Assembly: GCA_949001935.1 (NCBI GenBank)
Contig: CARJLX010000001.1
Coordinates: forward strand, 323,231 to 387,230
Source: an uncultured Eubacteriales bacterium
GTDB lineage: Bacteria; Bacillota; Clostridia; Christensenellales; UBA1242
Direction: 5' to 3'
Length of the DNA: 64,000 bases
Below, piece after piece: positions 29,619-38,005 of the stretch. Position numbers and translations under genes: made by a program. The notes under the pieces were generated by a model. That model saw only the letters and a list, made by a program, of their open reading frames with translations, did not search any database and was not told where the DNA came from. Position 1 is the stretch's first letter. Each line of letters begins with the position of its first letter.

Positions 29619-30200
29619 ATGAATAATATAATTGAGACAGTTCAAAAATATAATCAAGGGGACGAACTTCTTGAAATTCTCACAGAAAATGGGGGGGGGA
29701 CAGGTGTTCCTGCTAAAAGAAAAGATATTCATAAACAAGGACTTTGGCATAGAGCAGTCATCATTGCAATTATAAATGATGAAAATAAAATCTTGATACA
29801 AAAAAGAGCCTCGACAAAAGAAAAATTTCCTGGACTTTGGGATTTATCAGTAGCAGGTCATGTCCCATTTGGACAAGATAGCACAAGTTGTGTAGTATTA
29901 GAAATTATGGAAGAAGTTGGCTATATGATTCCTAAAAAAATTGGGGTAAAAGACTTTAGATTCATGACTTCTTTTAGAAGTCATATTAATGTTAGTGATT
30001 CTTTTATAGAAAATCAATTTTATGATTTCTTTATTTGTAATTTTAATATACCTATACAGGATATTCATCTGCAAAAAGAAGAAGTTGATGAGGTTCGTTA
30101 TGCAACAATTTTTGAGATAAAAGAAATGGCAGACAAAGGGCTATTTCATCCAAGAACTGAATGGATTCAAGTTCTTTATAATTATATTGCTAAATTTTAA
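29619..30200 (+). CDS. NUDIX-fold hydrolase (degenerate Nudix box); contains an in-frame G9 tract
   Basis: 193 aa. WHRAVIIAI and GHVPFGQDSTSCVVLEIMEEVGY resemble an IDI/Nudix fold with non-consensus box residues. The G9 run at 29691-29699 encodes GGG. Confidence 0.6.
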   Translation: MNNIIETVQKYNQGDELLEILTENGGGTGVPAKRKDIHKQGLWHRAVIIAIINDENKILIQKRASTKEKFPGLWDLSVAGHVPFGQDSTSCVVLEIMEEVGYMIPKKIGVKDFRFMTSFRSHINVSDSFIENQFYDFFICNFNIPIQDIHLQKEEVDEVRYATIFEIKEMADKGLFHPRTEWIQVLYNYIAKF

Positions 30201-30211
30201 TTGGAGTTAAA

Positions 30212-30763
30212 ATGAAAAACTACTTTATAATTCATGGAAGCTTTGGTTCTTCTCAAGAGAACTGGTTCCCTTGGCTTGAAGCTGTAATTAAGCAGCGGGG
30301 GGGGGATTTGTGTATTAATTTAGATTTCCCAATAGGTGAAGGTAAACAAAACTACACAAATTGGGAAATGGTGCTAAACTCTGTTAAAAGATTTATAAAT
30401 GAAGATAGCGTATTCTTTTGTCATTCTATTGCTTGTATATTTTTAGTTAAATATTGTATAAAAAATCATATTAAAATAGGTAAAGCAATATTCGTGTCGG
30501 GATTCAATCATTATCTTGGATTAGATGAAAATTTTGATGAAGTCAATTGCACAATGTACACTACTCGTGGAAGTGAATTTATTAATCTTTGCAAAGAAAG
30601 AATTTGCTATTATGCAAAAAATGATCCATATGTAAAATTTAATAAACTCCAAGAATTTGCAGAATTGATTGAAGCAAAATCAATAGTAATCGAAACGGCA
30701 GGACATTTTAACCAATCAGCAGGTTATACACAATTTAAAGAGTTATTAGAGTATATAAAATAA
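30212..30763 (+). CDS. YdeN/RBBP9-like alpha/beta serine hydrolase; contains an in-frame G9 tract
   Basis: 183 aa. NYFIIHGSFGSSQENWFPWL and CHSIAC (nucleophile-elbow-like) fit the YdeN family. The G9 run at 30297-30305 encodes RGG. Confidence 0.55.
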   Translation: MKNYFIIHGSFGSSQENWFPWLEAVIKQRGGDLCINLDFPIGEGKQNYTNWEMVLNSVKRFINEDSVFFCHSIACIFLVKYCIKNHIKIGKAIFVSGFNHYLGLDENFDEVNCTMYTTRGSEFINLCKERICYYAKNDPYVKFNKLQEFAELIEAKSIVIETAGHFNQSAGYTQFKELLEYIK

Positions 30764-30826
30764 AAGTTAATGACATATTTTAAGCAATGGAGATTTACAA
30801 AGGAAAAATAAAATAAATGTTAAAAT

Positions 30827-30880
30827 AAAGCATTCATACTAAATTGAAAAAAAATTAGTTGAATGCTTTATTTATATTTT
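30827..30880 (+). terminator. rho-independent terminator
   Basis: AAAGCATTCATACTAA (30827-30842) pairs imperfectly with TTAGTTGAATGCTTT (30855-30869), followed by a T-rich run. Confidence 0.6.
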
Positions 30881-30912
30881 TCTTTTGCTTCTTTTCTTTT
30901 AAAGAAAAGAAG
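30877..30912 (+). repeat. Py/Pu hairpin element (family 1)
   Basis: TTTTTCTTTTG is followed by CTTCTTTTCTTT-T-AAAGAAAAGAAG (12-bp arms, 30888-30912). It ends 34 nt before ATG 30947. Confidence 0.9.
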
Positions 30913-30946
30913 TCATAATTGAAAATCTTGTCGAATAATATATATC

Positions 30947-31531
30947 ATGAATTGGTTTTATGAGTTATTTATAGAAAATTTTCAAGGTTGTATTTGGCTT
31001 GCTTGTATATTACTTGCAATGATACCTGCTTTAGAGGCAAAGATAGCAATTCCTTTTGCTATGAATCCTGCATTTTGGGGGAATAACGCACTTCCTGCTT
31101 GGCAGGCTTGCATATTTGCATTTATAGGATCAATATTACCAAGCCTTGCAATAATATATTTTACTAGATTTTGCAAATCTAAAACAAGCGGATTTTTAGT
31201 TAACTCAAAAAAATTTTCTGTTAAAGTTAAACAGTTAAATAACAAGTCTTCTAACTTTAAAAAATACTTAACGCTTTGTGGTTTTGTTGCATTACCTTTA
31301 CCTTTGACTGGCGTTTGGACGGGAAGTTTAGTTGCTGGAATAAGTAATTTAAAGATTTGGAAATGTATTATTTCTATATTTATTGGAGCTTTAATTTCTT
31401 GTATATTAATGACTTTAATATGTGTTTTCTTTTCAAACTCAATAGGAACAATTTTAATAATTTCTCTTTGCTTAATAATAGTCTTCCTTGCAATAGATTT
31501 ATTTATAACTTTAATAAAGAAAAAATCATAA
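30947..31531 (+). CDS. small membrane protein, possibly COG2426 small multidrug export family
   Basis: 194 aa with 4-5 TM helices. IPALEAKIAIPFA resembles that family. No SD, and the assignment is weak. Confidence 0.4.
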   Translation: MNWFYELFIENFQGCIWLACILLAMIPALEAKIAIPFAMNPAFWGNNALPAWQACIFAFIGSILPSLAIIYFTRFCKSKTSGFLVNSKKFSVKVKQLNNKSSNFKKYLTLCGFVALPLPLTGVWTGSLVAGISNLKIWKCIISIFIGALISCILMTLICVFFSNSIGTILIISLCLIIVFLAIDLFITLIKKKS

Positions 31532-31550
31532 ACTTTTGTTTATGATTTTT

Positions 31551-31793
31551 TTATTCAAGATTATCTTCATAATCACTAAAAATGCTAGAAACTATTGGAT
31601 TAGAATTGCCATATACAAATTCGTGCACATCATGACAAACTAATCCAATATAACAATTATTGTCACTTTTATTATTATAGGAATTAGATGATTTTATTAC
31701 GATTGGAGCAAGGACTAATCCTGCGAACAATTTTAAAATTCCTTTAAAACGAACTTCTAACATTTTAACCTCATTTATTTTAATTAATGCCAA
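31551..31793 (-). CDS. hypothetical small secreted/membrane protein
   Basis: 80 aa with a signal-like hydrophobic N-terminus. Its start overlaps the end of the PadR-like gene by 10 nt, which suggests translational coupling. Confidence 0.4.
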   Translation of the reverse strand: MALIKINEVKMLEVRFKGILKLFAGLVLAPIVIKSSNSYNNKSDNNCYIGLVCHDVHEFVYGNSNPIVSSIFSDYEDNLE

Positions 31794-33649
31794 TGTTTAA
31801 CAATCATTGTTTTCTTAACAAAATTGTAAATAGGTAGATAAATCAAAATATAAACTGCTGGCAAGAATAGGGTAGTAGAAAAAGTTAACCAATTTTCTGT
31901 ATTTAAACCAAAAGCGAAATTTAATCCTATTATAGCTCCACAACCTAGCAAAGTTATCAACCAAACTAACCAGCCAGAGAGCATAGGTTTAGGTTCCCAA
32001 CTTGTATGTTTTTTAAATGCGTAATATCTACAAACGCATTCAGCACCTGCGAGAATAGGAAATGCTAAGAAAAGAAAAGTAGTGGCGTTCATTAAATTAT
32101 TGGTCAAATAAAGAGCAGTGAAGATAACAGCGGTAGCTACAAGAGATAATCCTAAGCAAATCAAAGAAGAAATAAAACCAAGCTTGTTTGTATTATGTTT
32201 TTCTTTTATATTAGACTTCTCATAAACTTTAAATGCAATGCCTTGTGAAGTGTAATAATCTTGTAAATCCTCATAATCATAAATATAATTTTCATCAACT
32301 TGACCATTGGCATTTCCGCCTTTACTCTTAGAGTATAGTTTAGAAATAATTTCTTTATGAGAAAGGTCAATAGAATTATCACGCTTAGGTGCAGGAAGAG
32401 GAGTTTCCTTTTCTCCCATAATTTTAAGTCTAGGAGGCTCTATTTTTCTTGCTTTTGCTACCTGAGATTTATCTAAATATTGATTGATAAAAACTCCATC
32501 ATCATTTTGCATTTCTTCTTTACTTTCTTTTGCACTTGGGAAGTTTGCTGAATAGTAATTTCTTATAGCCGCATTGTTTTGACTTTGACTTATAGTAGGT
32601 TGTGGATTAGGAGTAACATGTTCACGAACTTTATTAAATTCGTCCTCGCTTAATCTTTCATTTACTCTACCTTTATTAGCCAAAATAGAGGACTTCAATT
32701 CTTCTATATTTTGTTTAGTTTTTTCATCATCACGCTCAAGAGGATCGCTTACCGCAAAAGACATTTGATCTTCAGCAAAACTACGCTTTCTCTTATACTT
32801 ATTTATGTCTCTAGAGATATCATAAATTTGTTGATTTGATAATTGTGTTTGTGTAAATACTTCTTCTTTTATTTCACTTTGTTGTTCACTTGCAGTTTCA
32901 TGAATCAACTCATCTTTTTCAACTTGCTCATTTTCTTGTACTTGCTTTTCAATAGAAGGTTGATTTTCTTCAGATGGCTTCAATAAACTTGCAATAGAAA
33001 ATTGCTTTTCTTGATGCTGAGGTTTTTCGGCTTCTTGCACTTGTTGCTGATTACTTTCTTCTATATACTCTTGTTTGTCCTCATAACCTTGTTTATTTTG
33101 GAACTCAGTTTGAGGGATAGGCTCAACAAAAGATTCTTCTGTAGATAAAAAGACACCATCGTCTTCAACAATTTCCTCTTTCTCTTGATTTGTAGAAGTA
33201 TCTAATGAAGAAAAATCAAAGAAATCACTTTGCTCATAATTTTCTTGATTATCTTCTTTATCTTGTATTTCAGTCTTAACGCCAATTGCTTCAACTTGAG
33301 CAATAGGGGATTTTTCTTCAATCACATTGCCATCTTCATTAAAATCCTTGAATACATCAATGCCATTTCGATCGAAATAATCTTTTAAAGAAGCAAAAGT
33401 GTCACGACCTTTTTCAGTTATACTATAATATCTACGATTTGGGCCAAGTTCGCTGCTTTGTACATAAGAAGATACTTGACCTTGTTTTTCCATTCTAGTC
33501 AAGTTTGAGTAAACACTTGGTTTTTTGAGTAGGATACGACCATTAGAGCGATCTTTAACTTCGCTAATAATGTCTAGACCGTAATAGTCACGCTCTAAAA
33601 GACAATTTAAAATTAAATATGATAATTGACCTTTTGCATAAATTTCCAT
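31784..33649 (-). CDS. PadR-family winged-helix regulator fused to a long acidic linker and a C-terminal four-TM membrane domain
   Basis: The first ~95 aa (GQLSYLILNCLLERDYYGLDII...YYSITEKGRDTF) are PadR-like. About 380 aa of E/Q/K-rich low complexity follow, then four hydrophobic helices. Confidence 0.7.
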   Translation of the reverse strand: MEIYAKGQLSYLILNCLLERDYYGLDIISEVKDRSNGRILLKKPSVYSNLTRMEKQGQVSSYVQSSELGPNRRYYSITEKGRDTFASLKDYFDRNGIDVFKDFNEDGNVIEEKSPIAQVEAIGVKTEIQDKEDNQENYEQSDFFDFSSLDTSTNQEKEEIVEDDGVFLSTEESFVEPIPQTEFQNKQGYEDKQEYIEESNQQQVQEAEKPQHQEKQFSIASLLKPSEENQPSIEKQVQENEQVEKDELIHETASEQQSEIKEEVFTQTQLSNQQIYDISRDINKYKRKRSFAEDQMSFAVSDPLERDDEKTKQNIEELKSSILANKGRVNERLSEDEFNKVREHVTPNPQPTISQSQNNAAIRNYYSANFPSAKESKEEMQNDDGVFINQYLDKSQVAKARKIEPPRLKIMGEKETPLPAPKRDNSIDLSHKEIISKLYSKSKGGNANGQVDENYIYDYEDLQDYYTSQGIAFKVYEKSNIKEKHNTNKLGFISSLICLGLSLVATAVIFTALYLTNNLMNATTFLFLAFPILAGAECVCRYYAFKKHTSWEPKPMLSGWLVWLITLLGCGAIIGLNFAFGLNTENWLTFSTTLFLPAVYILIYLPIYNFVKKTMIVKHWH

Positions 33650-33735
33650 ATTTACCTCTTGCTTTGATTATAGCGAAAAAAGCACTATTATGTCAAATAA
33701 AATGTGGCTATTATGCAAAATTTTAAAGAATTTTG

Positions 33736-33773
33736 TCAATATATGGCACTAGTATGTCTTGCATACCACCAAA
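33736..33773 (+). repeat. intergenic motif family 2, short form
   Basis: TCAATATATGGCACTAGTATGTCTTGCATACCACCAAA. It shares TCAATATAT, TAGTATG and GCATAC blocks with 39404 and 47772. Confidence 0.5.
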
Positions 33774-33813
33774 TTTAATCTTACAAGAAAATAAAAAAGT
33801 TAGATACTTATAT

Positions 33814-34632
33814 TTAATTATAAATATTATTTAGTAATAAAGTTATTTTGTTAACTTCTTTTAAAATCAAATCTTCTCCTAAATGAACGACATGTTTAAA
33901 GTGCCTTATCTGCCTAACTAATTTGACTAAATAAATATTTTTAACATCCACTTTCTTGTTATAATGATTAAGCATTGAATTAAAAATTATATCGTCATAC
34001 CCCATCATTGGGGCAAATTCAACTTCCTTAACATAATATTCCATATTGCCAAAATCTATAATGCCGGATAATTTATTATCTTCGCCAATCAATATGTTTG
34101 CTTCCTGGAGGTCGCCGTGAGTTAAACAAAACTCGCTTTGCCTCATAAATTCTTCATAGTTTTTATATACTTTTAAAAATTTATTAAAATCTTCTTTGCA
34201 CACATATTCCTTCAATAAATTTAAACTTTTTTCAAGTTTAGCAAGATTTATTTTTATTTCATCGTCTTTATTCAAATCACAATTTATTGATTGCATTTCT
34301 TGAAAAAAATTAACAAGACTTTTCCCAATATCTTCTTTTTCAACATTAGACAATTCATTTATCTTATTCTTAAGAGTTTTTCCATCAACAAAATTTTGTA
34401 GCATGGCTCCAAAAGGGTATTTTGAATTTGGTTGTATAAGTTCAGGATTGTCAGTTATCTTTACAGAAGAGATTTTGCCATCAATAAGTCTTGTTTTATT
34501 AAATAAACTTTGATAAAGCGAAAATGAATCTTCTCTTTTACCAACCAATAAAACTCTGTTATCTTCCGTTAAATATGCATCACTGCAAGCACCGCTATCT
34601 ATAAACTTTAAATTTTCAAATTCTTTTTCCAT
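33814..34632 (-). CDS. aminoglycoside phosphotransferase (APH)/choline-kinase family protein
   Basis: 272 aa. The catalytic-loop motif HGDLQEANILI and IIDFGN (DFG-like) match the APH fold. Substrate is unknown. Confidence 0.7.
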   Translation of the reverse strand: MEKEFENLKFIDSGACSDAYLTEDNRVLLVGKREDSFSLYQSLFNKTRLIDGKISSVKITDNPELIQPNSKYPFGAMLQNFVDGKTLKNKINELSNVEKEDIGKSLVNFFQEMQSINCDLNKDDEIKINLAKLEKSLNLLKEYVCKEDFNKFLKVYKNYEEFMRQSEFCLTHGDLQEANILIGEDNKLSGIIDFGNMEYYVKEVEFAPMMGYDDIIFNSMLNHYNKKVDVKNIYLVKLVRQIRHFKHVVHLGEDLILKEVNKITLLLNNIYN

Positions 34633-34756
34633 TGTATTTCCTTTTAATTTTTAAAAATAGGGGATTTCAAAAACAAAAATCTTTTCAAATATTTTATCAC
34701 AAACAAATCCATTTTACAACAAAAAAGAGCATTACTTTGCTCTTTTGATTTTCTAC

Positions 34757-35266
34757 TTAAACTGCAGTTTCGTCAAAGATGCCTTTTCTAGAATAATCAT
34801 AAATTTGATTTATTTCACTTTCTTTTACATCTTTTGTAAACCATTCAAAATATCTTGAATGTAAATCACTTCTCTTAAAACCTTTTTCCCCATTATAAGT
34901 TATTAAATCTACTACATTATCAACTTTTTTACAAACTGATTTAATTTTAAAAAATGGTAACTCTCCATGAGTATGAATATATTGACTTTGAGTTTCCAAA
35001 ACAGGTTCAAAACCATAGTCATTCAAAATGCTACTTACATGCTTTACACTCGTTAAACTTGCCTCTTCAATTGAATTTTCTTTTTCTACTTTTTGAGATA
35101 AATAAGATATAATTTTGCAGGCGTCATTTAAAGACATTCCTTTTGGCAAATAAAATTGTTGTGAATAAAAACATGTTTCTCCAAGCATAGATCTAGAATA
35201 ACTATCATAAATTGAAAGTGCTGAATAAACCATTCTAATTTTCTTTAAAGTACCATTATTTTCCAT
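34757..35266 (-). CDS. hypothetical protein
   Basis: 169 aa ORF with SD AGGAGGG. I recognise no family. Confidence 0.45.
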   Translation of the reverse strand: MENNGTLKKIRMVYSALSIYDSYSRSMLGETCFYSQQFYLPKGMSLNDACKIISYLSQKVEKENSIEEASLTSVKHVSSILNDYGFEPVLETQSQYIHTHGELPFFKIKSVCKKVDNVVDLITYNGEKGFKRSDLHSRYFEWFTKDVKESEINQIYDYSRKGIFDETAV

Positions 35267-35454
35267 TTTCCCTCCTTATTGCTTTTTTATTATATCATAA
35301 AACTTTTAATTATTCAAGTATAAATATAAAAAAACTACAAAACTCAACTTAAACCATTTTATAATATCCTTTTACAAAATTAAAGTATATTAGAATAATG
35401 AAATCGACAGTCATTTTATTTGCCATACAAATTATAAAGTATTATAATTAACTT

Positions 35455-36096
35455 ATGGATATAAAAATTATTAGAAGCAAACGCAAAACACTTTCACTTT
35501 CTGTCACAAAGGAAGGTGAGGTGATTGTTAGAGCCCCTTTACATTTGAAAGAAGATAAAATACTTAAGTTTATAGAAGATAAGAGGGGATGGATTGAAAA
35601 AAGTCTTGCGAAAATTATGGCTAGAAATAATTTTAAAGATAGTTTTGATTTCAAAAATTACATTTATCTTTTAGGCGAAAAACAAAGTGTCAATAATTTT
35701 AATATGGCAGCAGGAAAAATATCTACAAAACCATCAAAAACCCAAATGAAAGATACTTTTAATGTGTTTTACGAAAAACTTTACAAAGAATATGCAAAAA
35801 AATACCTAAATAAACGAGTACAAGAAATTGCTCAAACTATAGGATTAAATTATAAAGATCTCAAAATTTGTAAATCAAAACGCATTTGGGGGAGTTTCAA
35901 TAAAGATGGATCAATGAAATTAAATTTTAAACTTATTATTTTGCCAAAACCACTAATTGATTATGTTATAGTCCACGAACTTTGCCATGGAGTACAATTG
36001 AATCATAGTCCAAAATTTTGGGCATTGGTAGGGCAGACCCTTCCAAATTATAAACTTCTTAAAAAAGAACTAGAAAACTATGGGTTTTTGTTATAA
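35455..36096 (+). CDS. YgjP-like (DUF45/M48-related) metal-dependent hydrolase
   Basis: 213 aa. The N-terminus IKIIRSKRKTLSLSVTKEGEVIVRAP and the HExxH motif VHELCHGVQLNHSPKFW are typical of DUF45. Confidence 0.7.
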   Translation: MDIKIIRSKRKTLSLSVTKEGEVIVRAPLHLKEDKILKFIEDKRGWIEKSLAKIMARNNFKDSFDFKNYIYLLGEKQSVNNFNMAAGKISTKPSKTQMKDTFNVFYEKLYKEYAKKYLNKRVQEIAQTIGLNYKDLKICKSKRIWGSFNKDGSMKLNFKLIILPKPLIDYVIVHELCHGVQLNHSPKFWALVGQTLPNYKLLKKELENYGFLL

Positions 36097-36124
36097 AAAA
36101 GATGCAATAAATCGCATCTTTTTT
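36095..36124. terminator. bidirectional terminator between convergent genes
   Basis: AAGATGC (36099-36105) pairs with GCATCTT (36114-36120). A-rich and T-rich runs flank it. Confidence 0.75.
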
Positions 36125-36392
36125 ATCTTGGTGGAATTTCCATTTGAAATTGCTCACACGCAATAACAAGTTCTTTGTCGAGTTTACTACTATATTTCTT
36201 TTCACCATGGACAAGTTCATAGCCACCATCTTTGAAACAATTTGAAATTAAATTATCTTGCATTCTATAACTCCAAACCTTTTTAGTCTTTTCTGCAACA
36301 CCAACTGAACATAGAGCACCGATAAAAGTTCCGCCTAAGGCAACTATTACTCCAGCGATAATTAATGCAGCAGCATTTTCATTTTCTTTCAA
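36123..36392 (-). CDS. hypothetical small membrane protein (TTG start)
   Basis: 89 aa with one Gly/Ala-rich TM helix (AAALIIAGVIVALGGTFIGALCSVGV). The TTG start has GAGG 6 nt upstream. A 31-codon related fragment lies just upstream. Confidence 0.4.
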   Translation of the reverse strand: MKENENAAALIIAGVIVALGGTFIGALCSVGVAEKTKKVWSYRMQDNLISNCFKDGGYELVHGEKKYSSKLDKELVIACEQFQMEIPPR

Positions 36393-36675
36393 TATTGCCT
36401 CGTCTTGAACCTCTTCATTATTAATATAATAAGTTTCTTTATATTAAGTTTCTTTATATATTGGTATACTTGTTGCAAGCATTGTTGTTCCAGCTGCCAA
36501 GCAAATTGGTGCAGGGGAACAAAGCGCAATGCCTGCCAATAATTTTGCAAAACCTTATTAAAAATCAAAATTGAGGGGAGTTTTGCCTTTTTAAAAAGAG
36601 GTTACTAGATAAAAATAAAAAAGAGGGCAGTTTGATTGCGATTTTTTGCATACTACCGCTCTCTTTTTAGTTTTA

Positions 36676-36723
36676 AAAACACGCATTATCTCTGCGTAAA
36701 ACACAAGTTTTACGCAGAGATAA
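36676..36723 (-). terminator. strong minus-strand terminator ending the serS transcription unit
   Basis: A perfect 17-bp stem, TTATCTCTGCGTAAAAC (36686-36702) with GTTTTACGCAGAGATAA (36707-36723), has a 4-nt loop. On the minus strand it is followed by TGCGTGTTTTT. Confidence 0.75.
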
Positions 36724-36855
36724 CCGTAGAATAGCCTTATTTGATAATCTATTATGTTATTTTTTAATAACTTTATTTTTTATGATAAAAATCTATTTTT
36801 AATTTAAATTAAATAAATTTTTAATATAAAAAATTTTTGCATACTAGTTAATACT

Positions 36856-37968
36856 TTATTTATCATCTTTCTGTTTTTGCTCATTGTTTATGCTTTGATT
36901 ATTTTCATTTTTTGTTTCAAACTTTTTATATTGATTTTTTTTAATTGTTTTTTCTAAAGCTATTTTATCTTTTTCTTTCATTTCTTCTTTTTCATTTAAA
37001 TATACAAATTGATTAATAAATTTTTCATAACCAAGAGAACTTGAAGATGACAATGGATCGGTAAAAATTGACTTATTTGGATTGTTAATTGATTTAATAT
37101 TTTTAACTGAAGTCATTGTTAAATAATTTATTATTTTAACAAAAATTGTATATGCATCATCCCCTTTAAATAAATCATCTGGACAAGATACTAAAATGCT
37201 TTCAATAAAAATTTGATTTGGCGTAGTTTTATTTGCATAGAAATATAAAACATTAAATATTTTGATCATATCAACAAAGTTTTCGCCACATTTATTAAAT
37301 TTTTCATTTAAAGTCTCTGCACGAGATGCAATATTTATCTCAATAAAGCCTTTTTTACGACCTGCATAGTATTTATAAACCTCACCATTATAAATAACTG
37401 GATAAATTATAATTTGAGTATTAGAGCCGTAATCATCTTTTCCAATCAATCTAATTCGAGTATCTTCTAAATAAACAACAGTAGTTAAAGCTGAAAATTT
37501 TGCTATTGCTGTTTGTAAATCTTCACAAAGTGAATATATATTGTATTTGGAAGGATCAAAATTATATATAACTGGGTTTACAGCCAATTCTTTCTCTTGC
37601 TTTTTCTTTTTTTTGCGTTCTTTTCGTTTAGCTCGCCTTGTATTTCTATTTTGCCAAGCAAAAAGGATTCGATTTTTTAAATCTTTCCAAAAATTAGTAG
37701 ATTTTAATGTATTAAGTTCAAGTTGAGCGCTGTCAATTCCCATTAAATAAACAAATTTTGAATTATCGGTAAAAGCTCCGCTTATAAGTTCGTTTGCCGG
37801 CTGTAATATTACATTATCTAAATTAATATATGCAATTTGTTGAGCTAAGTCATCAACAGCATTCGAAACAATTAAATTTAGTTTTTCATTAACCTTATCA
37901 ATAAACTCATCATTTTTCTTTCTAACGATACTTTCGATTAGTTGTTTATCAATGACTTTTCCCTTCAT
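36856..37968 (-). CDS. hypothetical protein with internal polybasic tract, co-oriented with serS
   Basis: 370 aa. It starts 37 nt after the serS stop with SD GGAAGAGG and no intervening hairpin. It contains RNTRRAKRKERKKKKKQEKE and a low-complexity C-tail. I recognise no family. Confidence 0.5.
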   Translation of the reverse strand: MKGKVIDKQLIESIVRKKNDEFIDKVNEKLNLIVSNAVDDLAQQIAYINLDNVILQPANELISGAFTDNSKFVYLMGIDSAQLELNTLKSTNFWKDLKNRILFAWQNRNTRRAKRKERKKKKKQEKELAVNPVIYNFDPSKYNIYSLCEDLQTAIAKFSALTTVVYLEDTRIRLIGKDDYGSNTQIIIYPVIYNGEVYKYYAGRKKGFIEINIASRAETLNEKFNKCGENFVDMIKIFNVLYFYANKTTPNQIFIESILVSCPDDLFKGDDAYTIFVKIINYLTMTSVKNIKSINNPNKSIFTDPLSSSSSLGYEKFINQFVYLNEKEEMKEKDKIALEKTIKKNQYKKFETKNENNQSINNEQKQKDDK

Positions 37969-38005
37969 AAATTACCTCTTCCTTGAAATTATATCTTTCC
38001 CAAAA

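Noticed and set aside
30925-30937. Spo0A boxes: TGTCGAA at 30929, and TTCGACA at 20899 and 57186.
   Set aside because: A 7-mer is expected a few times by chance in 64 kb of AT-rich DNA. Copies also occur inside genes (9949, 61514). There is no clustering or consistent promoter context.
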